NCBI RefSeq assembly: GCF_009914755.1
Contig: NC_060940.1
Origin: the human T2T-CHM13v2.0 reference genome, Homo sapiens
Strand: one strand, 5' to 3'
DNA: 64,000 nt
Within the stretch, counting starts at the first letter, position 1; each line of letters opens with the position of its first letter. The position numbers were made by a program, and so were the translations under genes. Shown here one piece after another: positions 41,671-56,559 of this stretch. The notes under the pieces were generated by a model that saw nothing but the letters and a program-made list of their open reading frames with translations, made no database searches and had not been told where the DNA came from.

Positions 41671-42022
41671 AACAAACCCCAAGAGCCCTATTGATGATCT
41701 ATATAAATATGTTTAATTATCTCATAGCGTATTGGGAGAATTTGTTGGGTGAAAGTCAAACTTACATTCCATCTTAAAGGAAACATCCTTAATTCATTTG
41801 CTGACTTGAAAGCTACATTTTGAGCCCCTTCAGTGTGCTAGGCATTGAGGATGAAGAGAAGTCACGATAGAAAAGGTCCTTGTGCTTTTAGAGCTTATAT
41901 CTAAGTTATCATTGATTTAAGAAAAAAAAAATGTGCCACCTACTGTGCTAAGTGCTTTCAATACAATAGCATGATGGATGTGAGGGGGTTACGTGGGATG
42001 GGGAAGGAAGCTGCGATAGGAG

Positions 42023-42330
42023 TGTATTTGTTTCCAAGGGATGCCAAGACAAATTGCCATAAATTTAGTGGCTTAAAACAACAGAAACGTATTGTTTCAC
42101 AGTTTTAGAGGCCAAAAGTCTGAAATAGGGGTGTCAGCGGGACTATACTTCCTCCTGAGTTTTAGGGAGAATCTCCTTAGCCTATTCTACCTTCTGGTGG
42201 ATCTTAATGTTCCTTGGCTTGTAGCCACATCACTGCAATATATGCCTCTACCTTTACATGGTTTCTTTTCTTGTGTCTCTCCTCTGTGTTTGTATGTCCC
42301 ATATCTCCCTCTCATTTCTTTTACAATGAT
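42023..42330 (-). mobile_element. MLT1 LTR fragment
   Basis: tgtatttgtttcc...agtggcttaaaacaacagaaac...cagttttagaggccaaaagtctgaaat. Confidence 0.8.
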
Positions 42331-42339
42331 AAGAGTTAC

Positions 42340-43242
42340 TGTATGTAGGATTGTGAGCAGAAGACACACAATATGTATGTCCTGCAATCCTTGCCACCCT
42401 GTTTGCATATAGCATTTTTCAATGCCCCATGAGCACAGAATTCCAATGGGCCCATAATGCATGGAAGTTTAGAGAGACTTAAAGTGAGTACAAAGTAAGT
42501 GTGTTATGTCTAGGACTCAGTAACCAAAGGTGCTGACCACCCTAGGATCAATGCTTTCCTTTCAAACCAGGACTTGCTTTGAACACCGAAGGAAGAGGAT
42601 GGCATTCTAAGAAACAAACGACCAAGGAACCCTATCAGATTCTTTCTTACTCATGTTACTTCCCTGCATGAGGTGACTACTTATGCTGAAAATGAGGACA
42701 TAGAAGGAATGGGACAGATTGGGCAACACAGAGTTTCTTTTCCTTCCAGTCCTTCCTTATAGTAAGGTGAAGGTGGATAGTGTTGATAGAATGTGTTCCT
42801 AGAATATAAGAAGTGAAATAAAGCAGTTGAATCAGTTTTGTGCAACAATTTCACTGTCCTGGTAAGAGTATAATATATATGCATGCATGAGCTGTGGAAT
42901 ACAAATTGTATAATTTCTTTTTTTTCAAATTGTGTCATTTCTGTGATTCTGCACATTAGTTAAATTCTCCTATATGTGCATTTAAAACTGACACTGCACA
43001 ATTCAAAGATGATGGTAAAATTCATGTTAACAAGTTAATGTGTTAATTTTTAAATTTTTTACTTAGAATGGTGTTAAATAGCAAATAAACAGCATCATGA
43101 CAAGTTGAGAGAAAGATTGTGGAAGAAAGGAAAAAACTGTACATTTCAGTATCATTAACAACATGTTTTTCTGCTTTTGAAACAAGAGGCCCCACGTTTC
43201 ATTTCATTTGCACTGGGCCCTGCAGGTTATGTGGGTGGCCCC
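42340..43242. mobile_element. MER45-type hAT-Tip100 DNA transposon remnant
   Basis: End gaaacaagaggccccacgtttcatttcatttgcactgggccctgcaggttatgtgggtggccc matches the MER45 terminus; left boundary uncertain. Confidence 0.65.
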
Positions 43243-44339
43243 GCAAAGACAGTTGTTGGGCAGAAGCCATAAGTTCTCAAAGTGTGACCTCCAGAGTCCT
43301 GGCTCTGTTAGGCTGTGACAGTTTTCCCATTTCCAGCCTCAGCCTCACTTCTGTGGCTAGCAGTGCCTCATGTTTGCTTTCCCACTCAGGTTACTGGGTT
43401 TTTTTTTTTTTTAATGCTTTTAAAGAACATTTTGCTTTTCTCCCATTTCTGTCCTTTTCCCTCCCACCATCATTTTCCCAACGCTCCTGGCATTTCAGGG
43501 ATACAAACAAACCATCAAGAAACGACCAGTGCTGGCCTCTGGCCACCCGCTGTGAGAGTTACCACTGCAGAACCATAGGCTGGGTCTGATGCCCTCAGCA
43601 GGACACATTTTCTGCTATGTTTGAGGGAAAGTGGCCAAAACAGTCCTCTCTCTCACAACCTCTTCCTTTGTAGGGCAGCAGTGGGTGCCTCATGGCTGGA
43701 AAACTCACTCTTGCTTTCTGCAAAGAGGACTTTTTTTTTTTTTTAATCAACTAAGTCAATTGTTTGATGAGAACACCATGAATGGTCCACCACAGTTTTT
43801 GATGATATATTTCTGTGACGGTTACCCCTAACTCTACTAGACAAGTTTTTCACTCCCCACCCCTTTAAGCGCAGAAAATCCAGAGCAGAAATTTCAGTGT
43901 GATTGGGAAATTGTGAAGACTAGTTTGCTCTTGTATGACGGAGGATGGCAGGTAAACAGAGCCAGGTAGAGGAATGTTTATTGGAGAGAAGCTTTCTCAG
44001 ACCAGGGCACATTTCTCCTCAGCAGAATGAGGGGAAACTGTTAAGACCCTAGCTTGCATCCCAAGCCTCCTCCCTAATAGAGATGTGTGGAGGGTGGCAA
44101 CATTGCCCAGGACTTTGTGCAATGGTGGCGTTTTCTGGGCTTTTGTTCCTGCTTCCATTGACTGCCAGCTTGAGTCCTAGCCAGAGCCGGTCTGGGAACC
44201 GAGCTTTCATTGCTATTGTAGAGGCAACTGTGGCTTTCACTAACTAAATAGACGAGGAGGGAGAGGCAAATATTTGCTGAGTGCAACTTGATCTCCACTG
44301 CAGGGCTTTCATAGTGTCGCATGACTGAACTTACCCCAT

Positions 44340-44550
44340 GGCCAGACAGTGTGCCGGGCTTCCTATCGTTTACCTCATTTATTTCTCACCATGTGGCTAT
44401 GTGATATGGGGACTGTGACCCCCGCTTTAAAGTAGGAAGCTGCAGCTACTGAGAGAAGGCAATTAATTCAAAATCATACAACAATAGGAAGCAGAGTCGA
44501 AACCTCTATCCAGGTCTTTCTCCTTCTGAAGCATGAATTCTTTCCACTGT
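44340..44550 (-). mobile_element. MIR SINE
   Basis: tacctcatttatttctcacc...cccgctttaaagtaggaagctgcagct. Confidence 0.55.
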
Positions 44551-44909
44551 GCCATACTGTCAAATCCCGATTGACCAGTCTTTCTTTTTCTCTTCTTGCC
44601 TTTCTCTCTCTTTCTTTGATCTCTCCATCTACTCATCCACATATCTATCCTTCCTTCGTTTATCATGCACTTTTCCAAAAGTGTGGTTAAGGTACTGATT
44701 TCTTATTCTGCAGAATCGAGTCCTGGTAAGAGTGATCTCTTGTTTGAAATCTCTGTCACATATCCAGACTGATTTCCTCACTGCTTCCTGAACATAACAT
44801 ATGCATTCCTGATCCTACTTCTTTCCCTTATCACATCCTCTCTTAGCCATCACCACATACCTTCTGCCATTCCCTTCCATAGCTAGCTATCTCTCCTGTC
44901 AAAATTGAA

Positions 44910-45105
44910 GCAAACATTTATTGAAAGCTTACTTTGGGCCAGTTGCTGCTATATGCACATCACCTATATTTACCTAAAGTCTCCCCAACCCAGTGAGGTG
45001 GGTGCAATTGTTGTGCTGTGTTGTTCAAGGAAGAAGTTATGTTCTGGGTTGTTGGTGATGGGTGGGGGTGAGTAACTTGCCCGAGGTACATGGGTAATGA
45101 TGTAT
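44910..45105 (-). mobile_element. MIR SINE
   Basis: aacatttattgaaagcttactttgggcca...gagtaacttgcccgaggt. Confidence 0.6.
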
Positions 45106-45449
45106 AGGTGTTGTATTACTTCCTATTGATTATGTCATTTGTTGCTACATTTCTTCAGGTAGTGCTTTGGGATAGTCAACCATTTTACATGGATATGTCT
45201 CATTTTCCCAAGGAGATGACCTGTGGTTTGAAGACAGAAATTCTATCTTGCAATCCTTTAAGTATTTCCTAGAGTTAAAGGTTGTACTTGCTGAGTACAC
45301 AGTACCCTATACAATAATATAAATACAAACAGAAGTGCACATGCCTCATTGAGATGTTAGAAAGTACCTTCGGACACTATATAACAAATGAAAAGTTTTT
45401 GAATTGTAGGAATCTGGAGCTGAAAAAGATATTTTGAAAAAAACAGTAA

Positions 45450-45880
45450 CCTAGGTTTATTAGGGTAAAGCTGGCTTCTGTAACATACAAGCTCAAATTG
45501 TAGGTTGCCAAATGTTTAGTGTTCAATTCTCATTTTTGTAAATGCAACTTCCTGGATGGCAGATGGCTTTCCTCCAAGCAGTGATTTGGAGCTCCAGGCT
45601 TCTTTTACCCTGTTGCTCCACTGTCTTCAACATGAAGCCTTTAAGATCATGGTGTTTGTCTTCATCAATCCATAGAGGGGAGAAAGAAGCACAGAAGATC
45701 CCTCATAGGAGGGATGGACAAGGCAGACCTGGATGAGCTGCTCATCACTTGCACACACATCTTGTTGGCTAGAACTCTGTTGCACTGGCACAGCCACTGC
45801 AAGGAAGGGTGGAAGATGTAGACTGCAGGCCCATGAAGAAGAGGAAGTGGGTTGGGTGATGCAGCAACCATTGTCATGTC
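45450..45880 (-). mobile_element. Old MLT1 (J/K-like) LTR remnant
   Basis: gcttctgtaacatacaagctcaaatt...ttggctagaactctgttgcactggcacagcc. Confidence 0.5.
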
Positions 45881-46559
45881 AGAGATGATTGATAAGTTTG
45901 CTGTGCCAACTCTTGTGGATTGGGAAACAGCTGCTCAACGTGGTGCGTAAAGAAGGATTTTGAGGCTGAGTCCATGCTTAGAAAGAAAGGGTTTATTCGC
46001 TTTGTCAGACAGTCTGTGAGCAGGGCTGAGGGAGGAGGAATGGGAATGCACACATCAATACTTGCTATCCCTGATTCTAGTTTGCCTTCTTCATTTTATT
46101 TGTATTAATGTATTCACCTCAGATTCACAGGGCAACTATCAGGTGATGGAGACTCGTAGAAGGGTAAGTCATGGTCTCTCCCCCTGCATTGAGCTCAAGT
46201 GATTCAGGAGAGAGAATTTATGATAGAGTGTGGTCCCTGTGATAAAGGGACAAGGACCGAGTCCTGTGGGGATGCACAGAAAAGGGCTGTAGAGGAGAGG
46301 ACAGGCCTCGGAGTCAGTGACCTGCTCAAGGTCACACCATGACTATGCACCAGGTTCAGAACAGGAACAACCGGGAGTCCTTGTTTATAAAGTGGGAGAC
46401 TGTCACCTGCCCCTCAGGCTTGCTGGAGATAATGCACACAGGGCTCACAGCAGAGGCCCTCACAGAGTAGGTGCTAAATACACATGTGGTGCTATTGGTG
46501 ACTTTCTCAGTTTGTCTGTTATCCAGCAAGTGTGAAATGACCATTAGGGCTGGCAGGTA

Positions 46560-47340
46560 CGATATTTATTTACTCAACAGTCAGTTATTGGCAGAGCTAC
46601 TGTGTGCCTCCTGCTGTTCTGGGCTTTGGGGGTTGATATTGTTTGGATATTTGTTCCTTCATATCTCATGTTGAAATGTCATCCCCAGTGTTGGAGGTGG
46701 GTCTGGTGGGAGGCAATTGGATCATGAGGGTGGATTGATTTCCCACATTTAGCGCCATCCTCTTGGTGCTGTCCTAACAATAGTAAGTGAGTTCTTGCAA
46801 GATCTGTTTGTTTAAATGTGTGTGGCACCTCCCTCCCAGACCTTGCCCTTGCTCCCACTGTGTGATGCGCCTGTCCCCATTTCACCTTCCAGCATGAGTA
46901 AAAGCTCCCTGAGGACTTCCCAGAAAGCTGGGCAGATGCTGGGCAGAAGCTGAGCAGATGCTGGTGCCAAGCTTGTACAGCCTGCAGAACCATGAGCCAA
47001 TTAATTTCTTTTCTTTATAAATCACCTGGTCTCAGGCATTCCTTTACAGCGCCGCAAGAACCGCCTAGCGCAGAGGTAAATCAGTGAATGAAACAGACAC
47101 ATCCTGCCTTTGTTGGACTTACATTCTGGTGTAAGGAAACAGATAATAAATAAAACATTTAAGTGAATCAGAGAGTCTAAGCAGGTTGGGAGTGCCATGA
47201 AAGATGGAGGATGCTAAGGGGGATCGTCCATGACTAGTACTGGGGGAAGGTGGCAAATAAATCTTTACAAAGGGATAGCCAGAGAGGGCTTCACAGGAAA
47301 GGTCATTCTTGAGCAAAAACACAGAGATGTGCAAGCCTTG
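46560..47340 (-). mobile_element. L2 fragment split by the MSTB LTR
   Basis: tttatttactcaacagtcagttattggcagagctactgtgtgcc...(LTR)...agtgaatgaaacagacacatcctgcc. Confidence 0.65.
46634..47072 (+). mobile_element. MSTB-like MaLR solo LTR
   Basis: tgatattgtttggatatttgttcc...cttgtacagcctgcagaaccatgagccaatt...; TSD ggggt/gaggt. Confidence 0.9.
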
Positions 47341-48159
47341 GCTGAAGTCCTTGAAAACTTCCAAGGGTAGAATTGTCTCCTTTTTTTCAGATAAGGACAG
47401 CAAGGGTACTGGAGGTAAAGCAGCCTGTCCAAGCTCACATGAGGGCTAGTATTTGAGCCACGTATCTTGACTCCAGTGGCTCAGAAGGAAACAGGTGGGA
47501 GGGAGCATGAGTTTGTGCTTGACATTCTTGGTCTGGAATGTAGGCCTGAATCAGACAGCAGACTTTGATGGTGTTTTTCTCCCTCCCCGTTCTTAATCAC
47601 ACTCCGTTCCTGCATGGTTTCTTTACTTTTGCACACCACCTATCTAGACGTAATGAATAATATTTGGAGCTGCAAACAAGAGAGCATTTAGTGGTCATGA
47701 AGCCTTGACAAAATGTGTACATGGTTTTAAATATTCCATTATAATGCATGGTGAGGCGAGGCTAAAAATGAGAGCATATAAAAGCCTGCGTGATTTGATT
47801 GATGACACTCTATCAATATTGATGGCCGTGAGCACATTGGGAAGTTGGGAAGCTGTATTTCTACGGTGTCCTGCTAGCATCCAAGTCTGCAGGGATGATA
47901 TATTGTGTGAAAGCCCGGGTATCACACTGCTGTTACACTGACATTAAGTAATGATAATGGGGCTCAGCTTTAGTTTGAAGTCAAATCAGTTTTGAGTGAA
48001 ACATGGGCTCGTCTGTACTGGGTGCTGGGGGTTGGGGGTAGGGGCGGTTCCCAGGATCATTTGATCTGGGACTGTCTATGACCATTCCTGTACACTGGCT
48101 ACTCCTGAATCTGCGAGAATGAGGAAGTGCTTGCTCTATCCCATGAGATGTCACTCCAT

Positions 48160-48400
48160 GAGATGATGGAGGCAGAAACTGGAATGATGTATTTACAAGC
48201 CGGGGAATGCCAGGAATTGCTGGCAATGCCAGAAGCTGGAAGAAGCAAGGTGGGATCCTCTCCTGGAGCTCTCAGAAGGAGCACAGCCCTATTAATACCT
48301 TGAGTTTTGGATGTTTGGCCTCCAGAACTGTGAGATAATATATTTTTATTGTTCTAAGATACTTAGTTTTGTGGTAATTTGCATACCAGGAAACCAATAG
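48160..48400 (+). mobile_element. MLT1 LTR 3' part, followed by a MIR (~48410-48590, +)
   Basis: gccagaagctggaagaagcaagg...ggcctccagaactgtgagataata; then gtgaccttgggcaaattgcttaacttc. Confidence 0.78.
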
Positions 48401-48677
48401 AAACACTTTCTGGCGTGTGACCTTGGGCAAATTGCTTAACTTCCTTTGCCTGCTTCTGCATCTGCAAAAAGGATTGGCATTAGTACTTATTTCTCTTTGT
48501 GAGAATTGTGAAGATTAAATGAGAAATCCACGTAGAGAACTTAGAACTGTGTCTGCCATGTAGCGAGTGCTCAGTAGATTTTGTTATTGTTTCTGCTATT
48601 CTCATTCACATCTTCATCCTTGTTATTCACTGGTTCCAACTATGTGCTAGGCTCATTATGCATAGCAGGATCTTTTT

Positions 48678-50644
<1,967 letters not shown>

Positions 50645-51576
50645 TGAAATCGCCTTTGCAAAAATTATAACTGAGAAAATGATGACACTGAGAGAAATCT
50701 GACATGGCTGATTCCATTTTGTCTCTAGCCTCACAGGTTGGCTGTCTTTGCTCATTCCTGAGTGTGGGCCAAGCTAACTTTGGGAGAAACTTAGTTTATA
50801 GTTTAAATAATAGCCCTTCCCCAAAACTAGTCTGTTCTTACAAAACTAATGAAAGTCCACCAAGTTAGGATGAGTGGGGCTTGAATAATTACCGGCCATT
50901 ATTCCAGAGGTCATATGATTTGCAACTTCCCCAATTACTCCTGAAGAAAACATCACTATTGTAGAACCTAAGACTGGCCTTTTGAGATGTCTTTTCAGGT
51001 TTTTGCATTTCTGACAACTGGATGGCCTCATCTGGACCTGCCAAGCTAATGAAGGACTACTAGATTAGGAGCATGTGAGGAACCTGAATTCTGCTAAGAT
51101 GTAGACATAAACTATTAGCAGCCATTATTCCAGAGGTCACAAGATTTGCAACTTTCCTGATTATTCCTGCAGATAACATCAGTATTGTAGAACCTAAGAT
51201 TGGCTTTTTGAGATGTCTTTTCAGGGTAGTTTTTTGTATTTCTAACCACTGATGGTTCCACTGAGACCCACTCATGGTCCTGTGGCTCCACTCAGAAGTC
51301 ACTCAGCATGCATAAGGGCCATTTTCCGTACCGCTATGATTGTATCCTCAACCAATCAGCAACACCCATTCCATAGCCACCCCATCCCCACAAATTCTCT
51401 TTAAAAAACTCTAGCCTGCTAATTTCGGGGGAGGCTGATTTGAGTAATAATAAAACTCCATTCTCCCATTTAACTGGCTGTATGTGTGCAAATCTCCTTC
51501 TCTATTGCAGTTTCCCCGTTATGATAAATCAGCTCTGTCTGGACAATGGGCAAGACAAACCCATTGCGCCATTACA
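50645..51576 (+). mobile_element. LTR8-family (ERV1) solo LTR containing a ~200-bp internal repeat
   Basis: tgaaatcgcctttgcaaaaattataactgag...gctaactttgggagaaacttagtttatagttt...aataaaactcc...attaca. Confidence 0.85.
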
Positions 51577-52603
51577 GGAATGGTAAGGGGACTTAGTAGA
51601 TGTGATTGAGGACTTTGAGATGGAGAGATAATCCTAAGTTATATGGATAAGTCCCTAAATGTAACCACAAGTGTCTTTGTAAAATGGAGATTTGACTGCA
51701 AGGGAGAGAAAAGGTGATGTGGTGGCAATGGAAGCAGAGGGGGATTTGAAGCTGCCAATCTGCGGCTTTGAGAATGAAGGAAGAGGCTATCAGTCAAGGG
51801 ATGCAAGGAATGCAGCTCTGGAAGCCAAACAGGCAAGGAAATGCATTCCCCTCTAAGAGCTTCCTGAGAGTTTGCAGCCCTGCCAACACCTTGGTTTCAG
51901 CCCCGTGAAACCCATTTTGGACTCCTGACGTCCAGACTGTAAGAGAATAACTTTGTATTCCTAGAAGCTACTAAGTTTGTGGTAATTTATCATGGCAGTA
52001 TGAATCCAAAATGTCTGAGACAGATCTCAGTCAATTTAGAAAGTTTATTTTGCCAAGATCAAGGACATGCCTGTGACGTGGCCTCAGGAGCTCCTGACAC
52101 ATGTTCCCAAGGTGGTCGGGGCATAGCTTGATTTTACACATTTTAGGGAGACCTGAGACATCAATCAGTATATGTAAGATGTACATTCATTCTGTCTGGA
52201 AAGCTGGTACAACTCAACATGGGGCGGGGGCTTCCAGGTTATAGGTAGGTAAGAGACAAATGGTCGCAGTCTTTTGAGCTTCTGATTAGCCTTTTACTGA
52301 ATATACAATTTATAGGAATAGTCACTTATGCCTTAGTCTGGCTTAGTGAAACAATAGGTCAAAGGAAGCAGTCAGATACACATTTGTCTCATGTGAGTAG
52401 AGGGATGACTTTGAGTTCCATCCGTCCTTTGTCCAGAAGGAATTTCCTTGTAGCTTTTTTATCTTTGTAGCTATCTTAGTTAGAAATAGAATAGGAGGCA
52501 GGTCTTCCTGACATAGTTCCCAGCTTGACTTCTCCCTTTGGCTTAGTGATTTGGGGTCCCCGAGATTTATTTTCCTTTCACAGCAAAAACAGGAAACTAA
52601 TAC
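51577..52603 (+). mobile_element. MLT1D-like LTR split by a MER4-type LTR
   Basis: gactttgagatggagagataatcc...gccaacaccttggtttcagccccgtgaaaccc...ggcag | gcaaaaacaggaaactaataca. Confidence 0.82.
51999..52582 (-). mobile_element. MER4A-type (ERV1) solo LTR
   Basis: tctcagtcaatttagaaagtttattttgccaag...ggggtccccgagatttattttcctttcaca; 4-bp TSD gcag/gcaa. Confidence 0.85.
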
Positions 52604-53477
52604 ATAATGAATACCCAACTTTCTGACTCCACATCTATGTGTTCACTTCTCTCTCGCTGTTGAACATTGGTTCTCTTCTCAGTAAACTCATGGCCCTGTG
52701 GTGTCTGGTTGGTGGCTACTCCACATTGAAAACTGACATGCAGATTGCGGGCAGGGGCAATCCCAGGCTGCTCCTTCATGCATCACTACGAACAGCAGTC
52801 TGAGGGGCCAGTGTTTCTTGCTTCTGGTGACAGAGCCCAACAGGGGATCTGGGTCCTACACTCACCATTATGTGATGGATCTGGCTTCTGGTCCCAAATT
52901 CTGCTTCGTCCCCAGGAAGCCAAAGCCCTCACCAGCAGCGTTAGTCCTAAACCAGGCCAATCCTGTAGCTGGTTGGGGTATTGAAGACGCTCAAGTTTGG
53001 AGTTTTAGAACCAGGTGAAACTCAATGTTGGTTTCATGATATAGTAGAAGGAGGTTGAACTTCCAAGTCAGACCCAGGACAAAACCTCAGGTCTGCTGTT
53101 GATCCCCTGGTAACCTCTCTCTGTGCTTCCTCATCTCCAGAATCAGGATCATCACCCTACCTCATAAGGTTGTAAGAAACATTAAGTGAAAAGAGAACTT
53201 GGTATACACAATTGGTTGTGGGATGCTAGTCCCTTTCTCTTCCTCCCCACTTACTTTATCTTCACTTATGGAACCTGGGGACCAGTCTTCAACGTCCTGG
53301 GCTATGGTTCTGGCTCTGTTCTTAGTTGGGATTTTCCTAAATATCTGGCCTGGTTTGATCCAGAATTCAAACTGAGGTCATGAGGGGCCCCTTGCTTACT
53401 GACGTCAGAAACGGTGTTTGTGGCTGTTGGTCTCCTCTCTAGCATTCTTCTCTGCCCAGCTGCACAGAGCCCCTCCT

Positions 53478-54050
53478 ATGTATTAATTGGGAATATTTTC
53501 AGTGGCAATAAACAAAAGCTCTAATTCAGCTTGTTTAAACAGTAGAGAGGATTCCTTATCTCCCATAATTAAAAGTCCTGAAGTAGGTGAAAAACCCAGG
53601 TATTTTCTTTCTGTCATTTTTCTCTGACAATCTTTGCATAATGGCTTATCTTTCAGCCTTGCTTTTCCCTTGGTAGGAAGATGGTCTTGGTACCACATCC
53701 AAATATGGATGTCTTTAAGAAGAGAGGTCCTGCTTTCCTCTCATCTTCTCCTCTCCTCCCTCTTTTTGTTTCCCTTCATTCCTTGGGAAAAGAAAACCTT
53801 TCTCAAGAGACTTCCCCAAGTCCTCCCTTCGAGTCTCATTGCCCAGCATAGTGTCACAATCCTAACCCATCACTGGCAGAGGAAATGGATTACTGTGATT
53901 GGCTAGGACCAGACATAACTTACGTCCTGGGAAGAGAACTGGGGGTTTATCTCCTTTGAGGTACGTGGCTGAGTAAAGGAGGGAGTAGCTACTTGAGCAA
54001 AACTGGGGCTTTCAGAGGAAGGGTAAATGGGTGTTGGGAGGGTGGCCAAC
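53478..54050 (-). mobile_element. Old MLT1 (K/L-like) LTR remnant
   Basis: tgtattaattgggaatattttcagtggcaataaacaaaagctctaattcagc...gagtctcattgcccagcatagtgtcaca. Confidence 0.5.
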
Positions 54051-54320
54051 ACTGTTCGCCTCCCCTCATAGAACTCTTGGCAAATGCTTGGATTGGAAGT
54101 TCTGTCTAATCTCAAATTATTCAGATGGAGAGCGTAGTGCTCATCATGCATGCTAACTTGCATTGATTGGTGGTGACTACCTGGAATGAGATGTTGAGGA
54201 TTCTGGCCACATCTGGGCTCAGTGGGAATGACAGCCATGATTGATTAACAATGTCTGCCAGCGGGGGGGTTGGGGGTATGTTAGAGTGGAAGGTTAGCAG
54301 AAAAAATTTCTTCCTTTAAA

Positions 54321-54349
54321 ACACACACACAGACACACACACACACACA
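54321..54349. repeat. (CA)n microsatellite, interrupted
   Basis: acacacacacagacacacacacacacaca. Confidence 0.95.
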
Positions 54350-55709
54350 TTTTTTTCAAAGCTCTAGGTTTGTCTTCCTCAACTTTTCGACTTCCCAAGG
54401 ACTGCTTGTGATCCTAGTTTTCAGAAACCATGTTTACACAAATCACAGGCAAATATGTTACAGAAAATTAAGAAGTCACTTATGGATGGGATCTTTATCT
54501 CTTTGATTTCTGTCAATGTCTTGTGCAGCTCCTTGAGAAGGGGCCACAGGTCTCTGGCTTCCTCTTAGTTGAGTTCAGGCAGTATTCAGCAGCAAACTGA
54601 AAATGCACAGATGAAAATGCAAACTGAAAATGCTGCCTCCACTCTTGGTGCCACCAGTGTGAGGCTGTTGGTCCAGAGGTGGAAGATACTTTCAGAACAG
54701 CTCAGCAATAGTTTTTGCTCAACTTCAAAAGAGGCGTCTGGAGCCCATCTTTTCTGCCCAGAGACTTCATTCCCACTAAAGGAAAATTTCCCTGCACTTG
54801 TAGTTCTGCAATTCTGGGTCAGCCAAATGAGCAGTATTTTAATTTTAAAATCTTAGCCAATTATCAAGAGGGTGGCTTTCTTCCGGGTATCAGCAGCACC
54901 ATCTCTCTAACAGCCTTTTCTTCCCTCCTCCCGCTTATCTTTGGAGACCAGCCGAGCCCAGCTGCTTAGTAGATGTGATCTCCCCAGGCATACTAATAAT
55001 GGGGATTTTTGTTTTTTTTCGGAGCAAGTTTTCATTATTTGGAGTTTTTGTCTGTTTGTCACATGTCCAGCTAATTTCTCTTTGTTTTCAAAACAAAGGA
55101 TGGTTCTAGGAAAATGGGGTTGCATTTATGTTGTTTCTGAATTTCCCCTTCCTCCTCCCTTTCTCTCCTTACAGTAAATGAAGAGTAGTTTTTTTTTTTT
55201 TTTTCAGGTTGTGTTTGACAAATCTCTGGACACAGTGAGATAATTTTGCATTTCTAAATGCAGTGAACCACATGAGAAAAGTTAATTAAACTGGCTGGGA
55301 TACGCATATCTGGTGATAGATCAGGAAAACTGTCACATTTCTCAGAATAATCACAACCAATATAGACACCTCAAATGCTCCTTGTTATTGGTTAATAAAT
55401 ATAGCATTTGGTACTCAAAGATACCCCTAAGCCATTATTTTTTTAAAAAATTGTCATTAAAGGCATTATATGATTGTATAAGCTCAGCAGTTCATTGCTG
55501 TTTTTTCCTCCCCACAAACCCCAGTCTGAAAAATTGTCAGTGTACTTCAGTCAATATATTTATGGAGAGATTATCTCACTAACTAAGAGAGTGACTATGT
55601 CTTAATTGACCTGGGATTGGGTCCAAGCACCTATTTTAGAGCTCCCCAGCTGATTCTGTTGTGCAGCCAGGGTTGAAAACCACTGTTCTAAGAGTCATGT
55701 TTTATATCT

Positions 55710-56070
55710 GTCAGAATAGGTTACATTCTGCTGCAGTAACAAATAGTTCGTGGATCTCATTGACTTAATGCGATGAAGGGTGATTTCTTGCACTTGCTAC
55801 ATATGCTCAGTGGGTGGGATGAGTGCTCTGCTCTACATTTCCTGTCTCTAACACCCATGCTGATGGGGCTTACTGTCTGGAGCATTATCTATTGCCATTG
55901 CAGGGAAGAAACATGCCGTCTCTAACGTCTTTCTTTTGGATGTAACATACTTCACTTCTACACATGTTATTAGCCCAAGTTATTGCCATGTCTGTGGTTA
56001 GCAGAGACCCGGAGATCTTCAGCTGACACACAGCTTGGCTCAGGCACATGTCTGAAGGTTTCTATCCTGA
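55710..56070 (-). mobile_element. Old MLT1 (J/K-like) remnant, with a MER5-like end at ~55600-55690
   Basis: ttctgctgcagtaacaaatag...gatctcattgacttaatgc; ccccagctgattctgttgtgcagccagggttgaaaaccactg. Confidence 0.5.
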
Positions 56071-56559
56071 AAGACAAGGTCAAGGCCAGATGGCAGGACA
56101 TTGTTTTGCTGTCCTTCAGCCTAACACATGATCCAAGGAGTTCTGTTGTCTTCTCTTGTGACACAAAGCTCAGTCCACGGCCCTCTAGGACAGGGCAGTT
56201 CTGATGGTGACATTTCACTAGGTAAGAAGGTGTTTGTTTGTAGCAAAGCGTTCCATCAGAAAATTCCCTTACTGAGAGCCAAGAAGGAGCTGAGAGATGC
56301 TCCCATTTTCACTTGCAAGATGAAAGCAGTATCCATTGAAGAAGGTGGAATATGCAAGACACACAGGAATGTGTATGGGCAAAATCTCGAAGTTTAGAAA
56401 GCTGGGCATACCCTCAATTTGCCCTTGACTCTTCACAATAAAATCTAGGAGCTGAATGAATAAAAAATATCCAAATTTTATAGAATGTAAAAAGTGATCT
56501 GAATCTCGAGTAATAATAAGAGATTAGTCACCTGTTCTAAACTGACAGCCCCTGATGTC

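Noticed and set aside
43119-43589. 156-aa plus ORF
   Set aside because: GTG start inside a MER45-like element, runs through a poly-T tract, no homology recognised
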